Made by a program: the position numbers and the translations under genes. The notes under the pieces are model-generated. The model was given only the letters and a program-made list of their open reading frames with translations. It did not search any database and was not told the origin of the DNA. 64,000 nt of DNA from Spirochaetia bacterium (lineage in GTDB: Bacteria > Spirochaetota > Spirochaetia > CADAEX01). The stretch covers positions 2,112,001 through 2,176,000 of the forward strand of contig OY759746.1 in NCBI GenBank assembly GCA_963662795.1. The letters are read 5' to 3'. This document shows positions 51,876-61,708 of this stretch, one piece after another; within the stretch, counting starts at the first letter, position 1, and each line of letters begins with the position of its first letter.

Positions 51876-52275
51876 TGCGGGACCAATAATAGCTTTATTT
51901 AATAAGAATGACAAATATCATGAAAAAATTAAAATTTTTATGAAGAATTATGAAGGGAAATTGATCAGTACCTGGCCAGTAGTAACAGAAGTATCACATA
52001 TGCTTGATTTTAATATTCAAACTCAAATAGATTTTTTAACTTGGATAAAATTGGGTGGGGTGAGTGTTGAGAACCTAGAAAAAGAAGATCTTAATAGAAT
52101 AATTGAATTATCTAAGAAATATTCTGATATCCCAATGGATTTAGCCGACGCTTCATTAATAGTTCTTTCAGAAAAAATGAAAATAAAACAAATTATAACA
52201 ATAGACTCTGATTATTATGTTTATAGAACAATTAATAAAGAAATGTTGGAAAACGTATTTAAGTATAAAAACTAA
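51856..52275 (+). CDS. vapC: PIN domain (VapC-like) toxin
   Basis: ILIDAGP, KYSDIPMDLADASL, ITIDSD. Confidence 0.88.
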   Translation: MQNILIDAGPIIALFNKNDKYHEKIKIFMKNYEGKLISTWPVVTEVSHMLDFNIQTQIDFLTWIKLGGVSVENLEKEDLNRIIELSKKYSDIPMDLADASLIVLSEKMKIKQIITIDSDYYVYRTINKEMLENVFKYKN

Positions 52276-52465
52276 AAAAGGTGATGTAATAATAAGTAAT
52301 ATTTTTACAGTAATTAGAATTATGGAACAAAACAAGCATTTGAAATTGACGTTTTCTCACTTTGCTGAGAAAGAGCAATTCAAATGAATGGTATAAATTA
52401 TGTATAGAAAAGAATGTCCAGCCTTGGCTCCGCCGAGCGGCTTGGACAAGAAGCCTGGCCACTAC

Positions 52466-52619
52466 GTATAACAGCGAATGACCGGTTCCGGCTGTTTCTA
52501 AGAAAACAGCCTCAACCCAAATTGCCGGAATAAATAGTGGTACAACTTGATGAATACAAAATAAGCTTGAAGGGTAACAAATAACAGCGGCAACTTCGGT
52601 CATTCGCGGAACGTTATCC
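52466..52619 (+). repeat. Long attC, family C
   Basis: TAAC 52469 ... GTT 52613. Confidence 0.8.
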
Positions 52620-52727
52620 ACAATGCCCCCACAAGAGGACATCGCCCGGACCTCCGGCCGACGGGCGAGGATTTGCAGTACAATAATATTTTTTAGTTTA
52701 AGGCCTTCGGCGTAAAAAAATAATAAA

Positions 52728-53234
52728 ATGAACATAAAAATTGAATATATTAATATTACTAGTATTGATTCAGTATTAAATATCCTTAATCGTGTAATTC
52801 AACATATGCTGAACAATAATATTGATCAATGGGATGAAATATATCCAAATAGAACAATAATAGAAAAAGATATTAAATCAAATCATGCATATGGAATATT
52901 TGTTGATAATCAACTTACAGGTTATTTTGCGATAAATGATTGCCAAGAAAATGAATACAATCAGATTAACTGGCAGTATATTACAGGGAAGCACCTAGTT
53001 ATACATAGACTCTTTATTGATCCAGAGTACCAAGGAAAAGGTTTGGCAAAAAAGATATTAAGTTTTACAGAAAAATATGGAAGGAGTAATAAATATTCTT
53101 CAATACGGCTTGATGCATTTGTAAATAATAAATCTGCATTAGCTTTATATGAAAAGAATATGTTTGAACTTAGGGGACAAGTTGTTTTCAGAAAGGGAAC
53201 ATTTAATTGTTATGAAAAAAAGATTCATAGCTGA
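52728..53234 (+). CDS. GNAT acetyltransferase
   Basis: QW..IYP, IHRLFIDPEYQGKGLA, IRLDAF.NN.AL.LYEK. Confidence 0.9.
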   Translation: MNIKIEYINITSIDSVLNILNRVIQHMLNNNIDQWDEIYPNRTIIEKDIKSNHAYGIFVDNQLTGYFAINDCQENEYNQINWQYITGKHLVIHRLFIDPEYQGKGLAKKILSFTEKYGRSNKYSSIRLDAFVNNKSALALYEKNMFELRGQVVFRKGTFNCYEKKIHS

Positions 53235-53386
53235 TGTTGATTCTTGAATATATTATAGCAATCAATTTAATTTACAAAATTGCTTTGAAAAGCATAAAAT
53301 TGTACAGATAGAGTATTTACCTGACAATAGAAGAAGTCCAGCCTTGGCTCCGCCGTGCGGCTTGGACAAGAAGTGGGGGCACTGGT

Positions 53387-53558
53387 GGATAACAGAGAAT
53401 AATTCGCTGCGCTCGGAGTACCTCGCTTGGCCTGCGGCACACATCGCAGGTTTTTAGCAACAACTTATATAAATAACAAGTTTTGAAAAAAAAATATTGC
53501 AACTGTGAAATATTGACTCTTTGCCTACGATGCGTCGCTTATCCTCAGGACGTTATAG
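53387..53558 (+). repeat. Long attC, family A
   Basis: TAAC 53390 ... GTT 53552. Confidence 0.8.
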
Positions 53559-53645
53559 GCAATACCTCCGCGAAGAGAAAATCGCCCGGACCTCCGGCCC
53601 ACGGGCGAGAGAACCGGGGCAAAGAAAAAGTGTGAGGGAAAACTC

Positions 53646-54089
53646 ATGGACGATTTAATTATTCGAAAACTTGAAGAGAAAGATTTAGATGAATTATCAC
53701 TTCTTTATAAACAGTTCTGGAATGAAGAATCAAACATTGAAACGATGAAGAAAAAATATCAGGAGATAAAAAACAACCCAAACTATATAATATTATCAGC
53801 AGTTATTAATGGAACACTTGTAGGTTCAATTTACGGTGTGGTGTGTGAAGAATTATATGGAGCATGCAGACCCTTTCTTGTCATGGAAGATTTGATTGTA
53901 GATAAAAATATGAGAAAAAAGGGAATAGGCAAAGCATTACTTGAAAAACTTGAAAACTTTGGAAAAGAAAAGAAATGCAGCCAGATAATATTTATTACAG
54001 AAACAAATAGAATTGATGCAGTTTCCTTTTACGAGAAAATGGGATTTAAATCAAAAACGCATACTGGCTTTAAAAAACTATTGAATTAA
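53646..54089 (+). CDS. GNAT acetyltransferase
   Basis: EDLIVDKNMRKKGIGKALL, AVSFYEKMGF. Confidence 0.9.
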   Translation: MDDLIIRKLEEKDLDELSLLYKQFWNEESNIETMKKKYQEIKNNPNYIILSAVINGTLVGSIYGVVCEELYGACRPFLVMEDLIVDKNMRKKGIGKALLEKLENFGKEKKCSQIIFITETNRIDAVSFYEKMGFKSKTHTGFKKLLN

Positions 54090-54154
54090 ATAATGGACAA
54101 AGAAAAGAAAAAGTATTAGATTATAAAAGTACGCTAATGCGTACGGAGGAAAAC

Positions 54155-54397
54155 ATGGGAGCAATAAACATAACAAATGCAAGGAAAGATTTGTATAATA
54201 TAGTAAAAGCAGTAAATGATTCACATGAACCAGTGATAATTACCGGAAAAAACTCATCAGCAGTAATTGTAGGGGAGAGAGACTGGAGAAATATAGAGGA
54301 AACTCTTTATCTTGTATCAATTCCAGGAATGAGACAGTCAATTCTTGATGGAATGAAAGAACCAATTAGCAAATTATCAGATAAGTTAGATTGGTAA
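54155..54397 (+). CDS. yefM: Phd/YefM antitoxin
   Basis: NARKDLY...HEPVIITGK...EETLYLVSIPGM. Confidence 0.88.
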   Translation: MGAINITNARKDLYNIVKAVNDSHEPVIITGKNSSAVIVGERDWRNIEETLYLVSIPGMRQSILDGMKEPISKLSDKLDW

Positions 54398-54399
54398 TT

Positions 54400-54660
54400 A
54401 TGTACAAAATATTATTTACCAAACAGGCACAGAAAGATGCAAAAAAACTATCATCATCGAATTTAAAAAAACAGGCCGAGGAAATTCTTGAGATATTGAA
54501 AGAAGACCCTTTTAAAGATTACCCACCTTATGAAAGGTTGATTGGAGATTTGACAGGAGCTTTTTCAAGAAGAATAAACATCCAGCATAGAATTGTTTAT
54601 CAGGTGTATGAAAAAGAGAAGATAATAAAAGTAATCAGGATGTGGACACACTACGAGTAA
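54400..54660 (+). CDS. yoeB: Txe/YoeB toxin
   Basis: PPYERLIGDLTGAFSRRINIQHRIVY...MWTHYE. Confidence 0.9.
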   Translation: MYKILFTKQAQKDAKKLSSSNLKKQAEEILEILKEDPFKDYPPYERLIGDLTGAFSRRINIQHRIVYQVYEKEKIIKVIRMWTHYE

Positions 54661-54728
54661 TTAATAAGAAAAGAATACGCCCAGCCCTTGGCGGTGCCGT
54701 GCGGGCTGGAAGACGCGGAGGTACATGC

Positions 54729-54920
54729 CTATAACAGCGATTATTTCGCTGCGCTCCCTGTGGTCGCTTGGGCTCCTGCCAGTTGAGCTGGCAGATCGCC
54801 ATATTTTGTATTCATAAAACCGGAACAACATGTGTTTTATGCTCTTCAAGTTTGTAAAAACCAAATAAAAGTATTTTAGAGTTTAGTCACAAAACATCGA
54901 ATAATCGCGAGACGTTATCC
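54729..54920 (+). repeat. Long attC, family B
   Basis: TAAC 54732 ... GTT 54914. Confidence 0.8.
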
Positions 54921-55107
54921 ACAATGCCCCCACAAGATGCGATCGCCCGGACCTCCGGCCGACGGGCGAGGAGAAACTATATAAAACAGTAATTATATTA
55001 TCGCAGAAGCTATACAAATAATTCAGGAAATATTGACTATTCAGATGTCTAAGATTATTTTTCAAAAGCAAGGTGTCAGCACCGGTGTTGACAGCAAGGA
55101 GATAAAA

Positions 55108-55365
55108 ATGACTAAAAAACAGATAGAAGTCTCCATAGGATTAGTTCATGAATTACCAATAGATTTGAAAGAAGCTTTAATTTCAGATTCAGAAATTCTG
55201 GAAAAATGGAATAAGCTTACACCAATAGCCCGTAATGAGTGGATATGCTGGACAATATCAGTCAAAAAAGAAGAAACGAGAGTTAATCATATAAAAAGAG
55301 TCTGTTCTGAATTGAAAGAGGGAAAGAAAAGACCTTGTTGCTGGCCAGGCTGTTCACATAGGTAA
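55108..55365 (+). CDS. YdeI/OmpD-associated family protein
   Basis: LTPIARNEWICW..SVKKEETR...RPCCWPGC. Confidence 0.8.
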   Translation: MTKKQIEVSIGLVHELPIDLKEALISDSEILEKWNKLTPIARNEWICWTISVKKEETRVNHIKRVCSELKEGKKRPCCWPGCSHR

Positions 55366-55425
55366 AATGATAATAGTTATGATTAAAAAATGATCATTAT
55401 CTGAATATAAGAAGTGAGGTTAAAC

Positions 55426-55866
55426 ATGAAAGAAGTGATAACCGAGATTGAGATAAATGCAAGTATCTCAAAAACATGGGAAGTTTTTTCTGCCTTTTCT
55501 GAATACCATAAATGGAACCCATTTATTAAATCAATCTCAGGAGATGTTAATCCTGGTAATACAATTATTGTAATTTTACAACAACCAGGTATGAAACCAA
55601 TGAAAATGAAGCCAAAAGTAATATCATTTAAAAAAGAAGAAGAATTAGTCTGGATTGGACATTTATTCATTCTAGGAATATTTGATGGAGAACACTCTTT
55701 TCGATTTATCAAAAACAAAGATGGAAGTACAAAGTTTATACAAAAAGAACTTTTTAAAGGACTAATAGTACCAATGCTTAATAGGATGCTGGATAAAAAC
55801 ACCAAGAATGGATTCGAACTTATGAATGAAAAACTAAAGCATGAAGTTGAAATGAAAAGATTATAA
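55426..55866 (+). CDS. SRPBCC (polyketide cyclase-like) domain protein
   Basis: TEIEINAS, YHKWNPFI, FDGEHSF. Confidence 0.85.
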   Translation: MKEVITEIEINASISKTWEVFSAFSEYHKWNPFIKSISGDVNPGNTIIVILQQPGMKPMKMKPKVISFKKEEELVWIGHLFILGIFDGEHSFRFIKNKDGSTKFIQKELFKGLIVPMLNRMLDKNTKNGFELMNEKLKHEVEMKRL

Positions 55867-55991
55867 AATATTGAAACGAAAAAACGATTTGATAAAAACT
55901 GAATTATTGAATTAAAGAAATTACAAAGGAATTTAAATAAGTCCAGCCTTGGATCCGCCGTGCGGCCTGGACAAGAAGGGGGGGCACTGGT

Positions 55992-56090
55992 GGATAACAG
56001 CGGGGAAGAAGCTGCGCTCGCAGTAGCTCGCTTGGGCTTCGCCATATTTTGCTATCAAATAACTAGAGTAATTCTTGTTATGTTATTTTC
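55992..56090 (+). repeat. Truncated long attC (left half, family E-like)
   Basis: TAAC 55995 with left arm and hairpins; right arm absent. Confidence 0.65.
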
Positions 56091-56132
56091 GAGCAAAAAA
56101 TTAACAGAAACAAAAAATAAAGGAGAAAAATT

Positions 56133-56753
56133 ATGAGCAAAATAATTTTTGACAGTGGAATATCCCTTGACGGTTTTTTCGCAGGAGACAACAGAAGTCC
56201 TAAAAATCCTATGGGTGGTGTTTCAGGACAAATTCACTTGTGGATGTTTAATCAAAAAGCTTTCTGGGAATACCTGGGGTTTGAAGGAGAAAAAGAAGAC
56301 GGTGCTGACGGAAAATACATTAGAGAGACAATCGCAAGAACAGGTGCATTCATTATGGGAAAACGTATGTTTGAGGAAGGCGAAGCCAGTTGGCCAAATG
56401 ACCTATACAAAGCTGACGTTTATGTATTAACACACAAAAAGCGAGAACCTTGGGTTCAAGAAGGAACGACAACTTTTTACTTCATAAATGATGGAATAGA
56501 AAGTGCCTTGGACAAAGCAAGACAATCAGCAAAAGGAAAGGACATAAGAATACAAGGTGGGGCAAACACTATTCAACAATTTCTAAATGCAAGACTTGTG
56601 GACGAGTTTTTTATTCACATTGCACCCGTGTTTTTAGGAAGCGGCATCCGACTTTTTGACGGTATTGATAAAGACATGTACAACATACAAATCGTAGAAG
56701 TGATACCGTCTGAATTAACGACTCATTTAAGATATAAATTGACTAAGAAATGA
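56133..56753 (+). CDS. Dihydrofolate reductase-like / RibD C-terminal domain protein
   Basis: ISLDGFFAG, MGKRMF, GGANTIQQFL..LVDE...APVFLGSG.RLF. Confidence 0.88.
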   Translation: MSKIIFDSGISLDGFFAGDNRSPKNPMGGVSGQIHLWMFNQKAFWEYLGFEGEKEDGADGKYIRETIARTGAFIMGKRMFEEGEASWPNDLYKADVYVLTHKKREPWVQEGTTTFYFINDGIESALDKARQSAKGKDIRIQGGANTIQQFLNARLVDEFFIHIAPVFLGSGIRLFDGIDKDMYNIQIVEVIPSELTTHLRYKLTKK

Positions 56754-56764
56754 AAACAACGACC

Positions 56765-56894
56765 CGCTAACAATGTATATACAAAATGGGCGGAATAGTA
56801 ATAATTTCAACGGTTGTAGCCCGCTTCAAAATTGTCTCGGTTTGATAAGTTTGAAGCCCGCAATCGCCCACTTTGCATATACTAACCGTTATGC
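56765..56894 (+). repeat. attC-like site of a foreign style
   Basis: cccgcTAAC-aatgtatat..aaatgggcg...cgcccacttt.catatac-taaccGTTA. Confidence 0.7.
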
Positions 56895-57003
56895 TCAATA
56901 CCAGCAGCAAGAGGAAATCGCCCGGACCTCCGGCCAACGGGTGGGGAGAATGAAGTTTAATTATATCAAAACTATTGTATAATGCAAATAAAGGATAAAA
57001 ACG

Positions 57004-57690
57004 ATGAATAAAATAAAATCTGAAATAAAAAAAAGAATCCCGGGTTTTTTATATCTTATTCTTGCAATAACTGGATTTTATACTCCTTTTGTAATGGATA
57101 AATTTAGTTCTATCCTTGATGCAACACAATGGTACGAGGCAATTATTCAGAATCAATTATTCTTCTCCTCTGGGATTTTAAGTTTCTATTTGATGAACAT
57201 TTCATGGTTAATGCTTGCTTATTCATTGTACAGTATTTTTAAAATGACTTATAAAACATATTCAAATATATTATTACTATCTGTAATTTCAGGGACAATT
57301 TTAGTGTTTATTTTAATTGTCGCCAAGTCAATACCTTTATACTTAATGTCTTTAACTCACCAAAATACTATAGCTAATCCAATGATTTGGATAGAGAGAG
57401 CCCATTTTATATTTATTTTAAGCATGAAAAGCAATATTTCAGCCTATTTGTTTTATTCTATTTGGCTCTTACCTCTTGCAATTTTAATTATAAAAGATCC
57501 AAAAATAACAAACATAGAAAAGATAATATTATCAATTTCACTAATTTTTGCAGCTATAGGATATATGGCAGATTTTCTATTATTTCATTGTTATCCGCAG
57601 CATAACAATATAAAAATAACAGATTTCACTTTTTATGGTGAAGTGATCGTATTATTATGGCTATTATTAAGGGGAATCAATAAAAATTAA
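57004..57690 (+). CDS. DUF4386 family membrane protein
   Basis: Multi-TM; WLLPLA, AIGY..D, GEV..LLWLL.RG. Confidence 0.7.
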   Translation: MNKIKSEIKKRIPGFLYLILAITGFYTPFVMDKFSSILDATQWYEAIIQNQLFFSSGILSFYLMNISWLMLAYSLYSIFKMTYKTYSNILLLSVISGTILVFILIVAKSIPLYLMSLTHQNTIANPMIWIERAHFIFILSMKSNISAYLFYSIWLLPLAILIIKDPKITNIEKIILSISLIFAAIGYMADFLLFHCYPQHNNIKITDFTFYGEVIVLLWLLLRGINKN

Positions 57691-57798
57691 TAGACAAGAA
57701 GCAACATTTAAAATGTACAGGTAGAGTATTACCTAACAATGAAAGAAGTCCAGCCTTGGCTCCGCCGTACGGCCTGGACAAGAAGTGGGGGCACTGGT

Positions 57799-57971
57799 GG
57801 ATAACAGAGGATAAGGCGCTTCGCTCCCTTTGGTCGCTTGGCCTTTGGCATATTTTGCTATCATTAGAACCAAGTGATTTAAATTTAATACTTTTTGAGA
57901 TTTTAAAATAACAAACAAATATCTGTTAGAGTTTTCAACGCAAAACATCGCTTATCCTCGGGACGTTATGC
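57799..57971 (+). repeat. Long attC, family A
   Basis: TAAC 57802 ... GTT 57965. Confidence 0.8.
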
Positions 57972-58020
57972 TCAATACCAGCCGCAAGAGGACGCCGCCC
58001 GGACCTCCGGCCGACGGGCG

Positions 58021-58095
58021 AAGAAAATAGAATCTTCTGTATAATATACTTTATTTATAAGATATATAGTTTTCCAGTTATTTAATATGTTATCT
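58021..58095 (+). other. Putative internal attI-like docking site
   Basis: ctgTATAATatacttt...atatatagttttccagttatttaatatGTT (58089). Confidence 0.65.
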
Positions 58096-58680
58096 ACAAT
58101 TAGGTTTGGTACAGTGCCTTTTTAAAAATATCTAAAAGGATGTATTGGAATATAAAAAAAATAATAGAAAATTAATATACCTTTGATAGAGATGATCTTA
58201 ATGGATCAGCAAAAGAAATTTATCCTTCTTTTGAAAAACTGAACAGTACAGTTTAAGATATCTATGCAAGGATTTTACCGCTTGGGAGTGGGTAGTTATA
58301 TATTTCAATTACATGTATTTCTATTTTGCTGAAAACATATAGACTTCTATCAGCTAGGCACAGGTTTTTAGCAACTTCACATACGTTGTAGCCTCGCTTT
58401 ATTACTTGTTTTACTGCTTCTATTTTAAATTATTCTGCCTAACAGCATTCTTCCCTTGTTTATTCCTTACTTCATAATAGGTTATTATGTATCTTAAAAT
58501 GGAAGTACTCCATAGATTTGAAGACATTCAAAAAAATGAGTAATTGAAAATAATGGTTTTATCTAAAAAACATCAATTTTATGACAGTCTTGAAACCATA
58601 AAAATCTATTTTTTAAAAAAATTGACAAAAAATATTATTTAAGACAATAATTAATTAAAAAAAAAGTAGAGGAATAAAAA

Positions 58681-61305
58681 ATGTTTAAACGTATTTCTGC
58701 TCAAAAAGGTGATAAGCTAACCCAAATCTTTATTTTATTGTTCATACTCCCCATTTTTCTGATGTTTTTTTTATCATGTATGTCTTTAAATCAATCTGGC
58801 AGCGAAAAATCACTTAGTTTTAGAGAATCACATGATAATTTTATCCAATTTTTGAACGAGCATCCTGATTATCAACCTTTAAGCAGCCGTGTCAATTTAA
58901 TTCAGCTGACAGAATATGCTGATATTATTCCTCTCTCTTATGATAAAACTCCGGCGAACAGAACACAAACCTTTAGAATGGACACTCTTTTTGAAAGTGG
59001 GCCGAAAGTTTATTATCTTAATGGATTTTTTTATTATTTTTATGTAATTAAAGGTATGATAAAAGGAGTTAAAATTGATTTAAAAAATAGAACTTATTCA
59101 AATGTTGACGTGTCATCAAATAAACATTTTGCAATTTACCGTGATCCAGCTAATGAAAAGTTGGAATTAATCCCATTCGGCCGGGATTTTACAAAGACGA
59201 AAGTTGTTTCTTCAAAAGGGGGTAGTCTCCCTTTCTACGGGACACATGAAGCTTTATGTCTTGATCCTCCTCTTTATATCTATGAAAGTTCAAGAGAAGG
59301 ATTTCCTCTGGAATCGTTTCTTATAATTCCCCGTGATTTAGATGGCTTGGGTAAAATTATGTATGAAGAAAATTACTATAAAAATGGATATAATCTGGTT
59401 ACTGGTCTTGATAAAAAAGGATTTGATCGTAACGGTTATGATAAAGATGGTTATGCACACCATGGCTATAACAGGAAAGGTTATGACAGGGATGGTAATA
59501 ATTATTCAGGACCAATAGGGGCTAATGGGAAAACTGGTTTTGGAACACTTAAGTGGGCCAACGGTGATGTATATCATGGGTACTTTCAGAATAATGAAAT
59601 TAACGGTATGGGGATCATTAATGGTACAGATGGTGCAATATATGCAGGCTCTTTCCAGGAAGAAATGAAAATAGGTCAGGGGCTCCTTTACTCTCCAGAT
59701 GGAACAAAAAAGTTGGTGTCATGGAAAGATGGAGAAATGTATATAATTTCATCAAATCCTGGACAAGTGATTGAGCCAGATGGGGAGTGGGCATTCCTTG
59801 GTAAAGGTGTTAAAAATGGACTGGCTCAGGGAAGAGGAGATGCTGTAGGAATAAAAAGTGGATGGATAATTACTAACGGTCTATTTGAACAGGGCCGCTT
59901 AATTGAAGGCTCTCTTCTTACTGTTAATGGAACATCATATAGAGGCCGTTTTACTGATGGACTTCTTTCAGATGGCAAAATCCTGTCAGCCAATGGCACT
60001 GCATATACCGGTCATTTAAGGAATGGAATCCCGGATGGTGCAGGGCAGCAAGTGGATAAAGACGGGATATTCTATGAGGGGAATTTTTCAAACGGACGAT
60101 TTGAGGGTAATGGAGAATTAACGCTTCAAAATGGCGATGTTTATAATGGAGCATTTGTTAATGGAGTTCCTCATGGTAGCGGTATATATAAAAACTCTAC
60201 CGAAGGAAGTATAGAGAAGTGCGAGTTTTACGAAGGAAAAAGAATTGATCAACTCTACTTAATGAAAATAGCATTGGCAGAAGAAGAAGACAAAAAACTA
60301 GCAGAGGGTGAGCGGTTAAAACTGGAAGAGGAAGTTAGGTTGCGAGAGGAAAAAGCCAGACAACAGGCGGCTGAAAATGTAGAAAAGAAAGCTTCAAAAA
60401 AGAACTTATTCGGTGCCTTTGTCGCAGGAGCATCAACTGTTGTAGTCGGGAATGCTTATGGTTTGGATTCCAGTGACACTTTATTGCTGGCAACAGCTGC
60501 GGCAAAAGATGTAATAAGTGATACTGATGGAGAAAATATAAGAGCTATGAGTGATACACTAATTGAAAATAAAAAGCAGATGAAAACCTGGGAATCAAAA
60601 TATGGTCAATCCGACTTATCAAATGTATCAGGCAGCAATACTTTCTTGTCCCAAAAACAGCAGCCATTGCAAGACATAAATAATAATCCAGCAGATAAGA
60701 ATCCAGTTCTCACAAATTTGAAATCCAGAGCATCCAGTAATAATGCGGAAATTCCAAAGAAAAATCCTTTAGCTGAACCACCGCAGATGAATAAGGAAAT
60801 TAAATCAGAAAATAACAAATTACTCGATCTACCTAAATCAAATAAAAGCGGGAGGAGTGTTCTTCGCGGGTTAATTGATCGTGATGTGCGTTATTCTCCT
60901 GAATACAGGACCGGTGAGGTTACCTTTAGAAATCCTCAGACTGGGATAGAAAGTATTACAATTAAACTGAATAATGGAGCCATAGGTGAATTAACCTGGA
61001 ATGGGAATTATAAATGGATTGCTGCCAATGGCTATAATCAAAAATCGCCATATCTAGTTGGTTGTGTAGTTGAATTGAGCAGTGAACAAAACAAAATATA
61101 TGTTCTTATGAGCCACAATGATGTTGTTCCAACAGATGCAGGTGATAAATATGGCTATAATTTAGCATGGAGTGCAAACGGGTCAACTTTGAAGAGTGTA
61201 TCTGGCAGTCAATTTACACCATTCTCCAAGGAAGAAACTTCAGCAATTTTTGAAGATTTGCATTATTCCAGTTATCAACCCACTGCTGCTTGGCTAGTTT
61301 GGTAA
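58681..61305 (+). CDS. MORN-repeat putative lipoprotein
   Basis: Lipobox-like FFLSC; GYDKDG repeats; many Y.G.F.NG..HG.G MORN repeats; coiled coil. Confidence 0.8.
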   Translation: MFKRISAQKGDKLTQIFILLFILPIFLMFFLSCMSLNQSGSEKSLSFRESHDNFIQFLNEHPDYQPLSSRVNLIQLTEYADIIPLSYDKTPANRTQTFRMDTLFESGPKVYYLNGFFYYFYVIKGMIKGVKIDLKNRTYSNVDVSSNKHFAIYRDPANEKLELIPFGRDFTKTKVVSSKGGSLPFYGTHEALCLDPPLYIYESSREGFPLESFLIIPRDLDGLGKIMYEENYYKNGYNLVTGLDKKGFDRNGYDKDGYAHHGYNRKGYDRDGNNYSGPIGANGKTGFGTLKWANGDVYHGYFQNNEINGMGIINGTDGAIYAGSFQEEMKIGQGLLYSPDGTKKLVSWKDGEMYIISSNPGQVIEPDGEWAFLGKGVKNGLAQGRGDAVGIKSGWIITNGLFEQGRLIEGSLLTVNGTSYRGRFTDGLLSDGKILSANGTAYTGHLRNGIPDGAGQQVDKDGIFYEGNFSNGRFEGNGELTLQNGDVYNGAFVNGVPHGSGIYKNSTEGSIEKCEFYEGKRIDQLYLMKIALAEEEDKKLAEGERLKLEEEVRLREEKARQQAAENVEKKASKKNLFGAFVAGASTVVVGNAYGLDSSDTLLLATAAAKDVISDTDGENIRAMSDTLIENKKQMKTWESKYGQSDLSNVSGSNTFLSQKQQPLQDINNNPADKNPVLTNLKSRASSNNAEIPKKNPLAEPPQMNKEIKSENNKLLDLPKSNKSGRSVLRGLIDRDVRYSPEYRTGEVTFRNPQTGIESITIKLNNGAIGELTWNGNYKWIAANGYNQKSPYLVGCVVELSSEQNKIYVLMSHNDVVPTDAGDKYGYNLAWSANGSTLKSVSGSQFTPFSKEETSAIFEDLHYSSYQPTAAWLVW

Positions 61306-61415
61306 AAACTAAAAATATAATAAAGCTTCTATGTATTCATTTACATAGGAGCTTTTTAAATTAATTTAAAATCAAAAAAGTATTACATGCTAATTGAAAT
61401 CAATATGAGATGTTT

Positions 61416-61459
61416 AGATAGCAAACGATTCGAGCAGCCCGCTCAATCGGGCGTTATAA
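61416..61459 (+). repeat. Degenerate inner attC remnant (TAAC to TAGC, internally deleted)
   Basis: TAGATAGC approximately complements start GTTATCTA; cgattcgagc/gctcaatcg arms; GTT 61453. Confidence 0.6.
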
Positions 61460-61538
61460 AAATCAAAAGGTAAAAAAGAGAAAGAAGTCCAGCCTTGGCT
61501 CCGCCGTGCGGCCTGGACAAGAAGCGGCTGGTACTGGA

Positions 61539-61708
61539 GCATAACAGAGGATAATGCACTTCGCTCCCTTTGGTCGCTTGGGCTTCGCCACACATCGTAG
61601 ATTTTGAACAACAACTTCTATAAAAACAAGTTTTTGAAGAAAAATATTATAACTTTGAAATAATAATTCTTGGGCTACGATGCATCGCTTATCCTCGGGA
61701 CGTTATTT
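61539..61708 (+). repeat. Long attC, family A
   Basis: TAAC 61542 ... GTT 61702. Confidence 0.8.

Noticed and set aside
55383-56045. 220-aa minus-strand ORF and similar antisense ORFs over IS and cargo genes
   Set aside because: Antisense to well-supported + strand genes or transposases; no recognisable motifs.
1834-61614. Many 60-140 aa ORFs over the repeats (e.g. MAKPKRPKGAKR..., MVFTNLKS..., ...ARYSERS...)
   Set aside because: Shadow translations of GC-rich attC and hairpin sequence; frames, starts and stops vary between copies.
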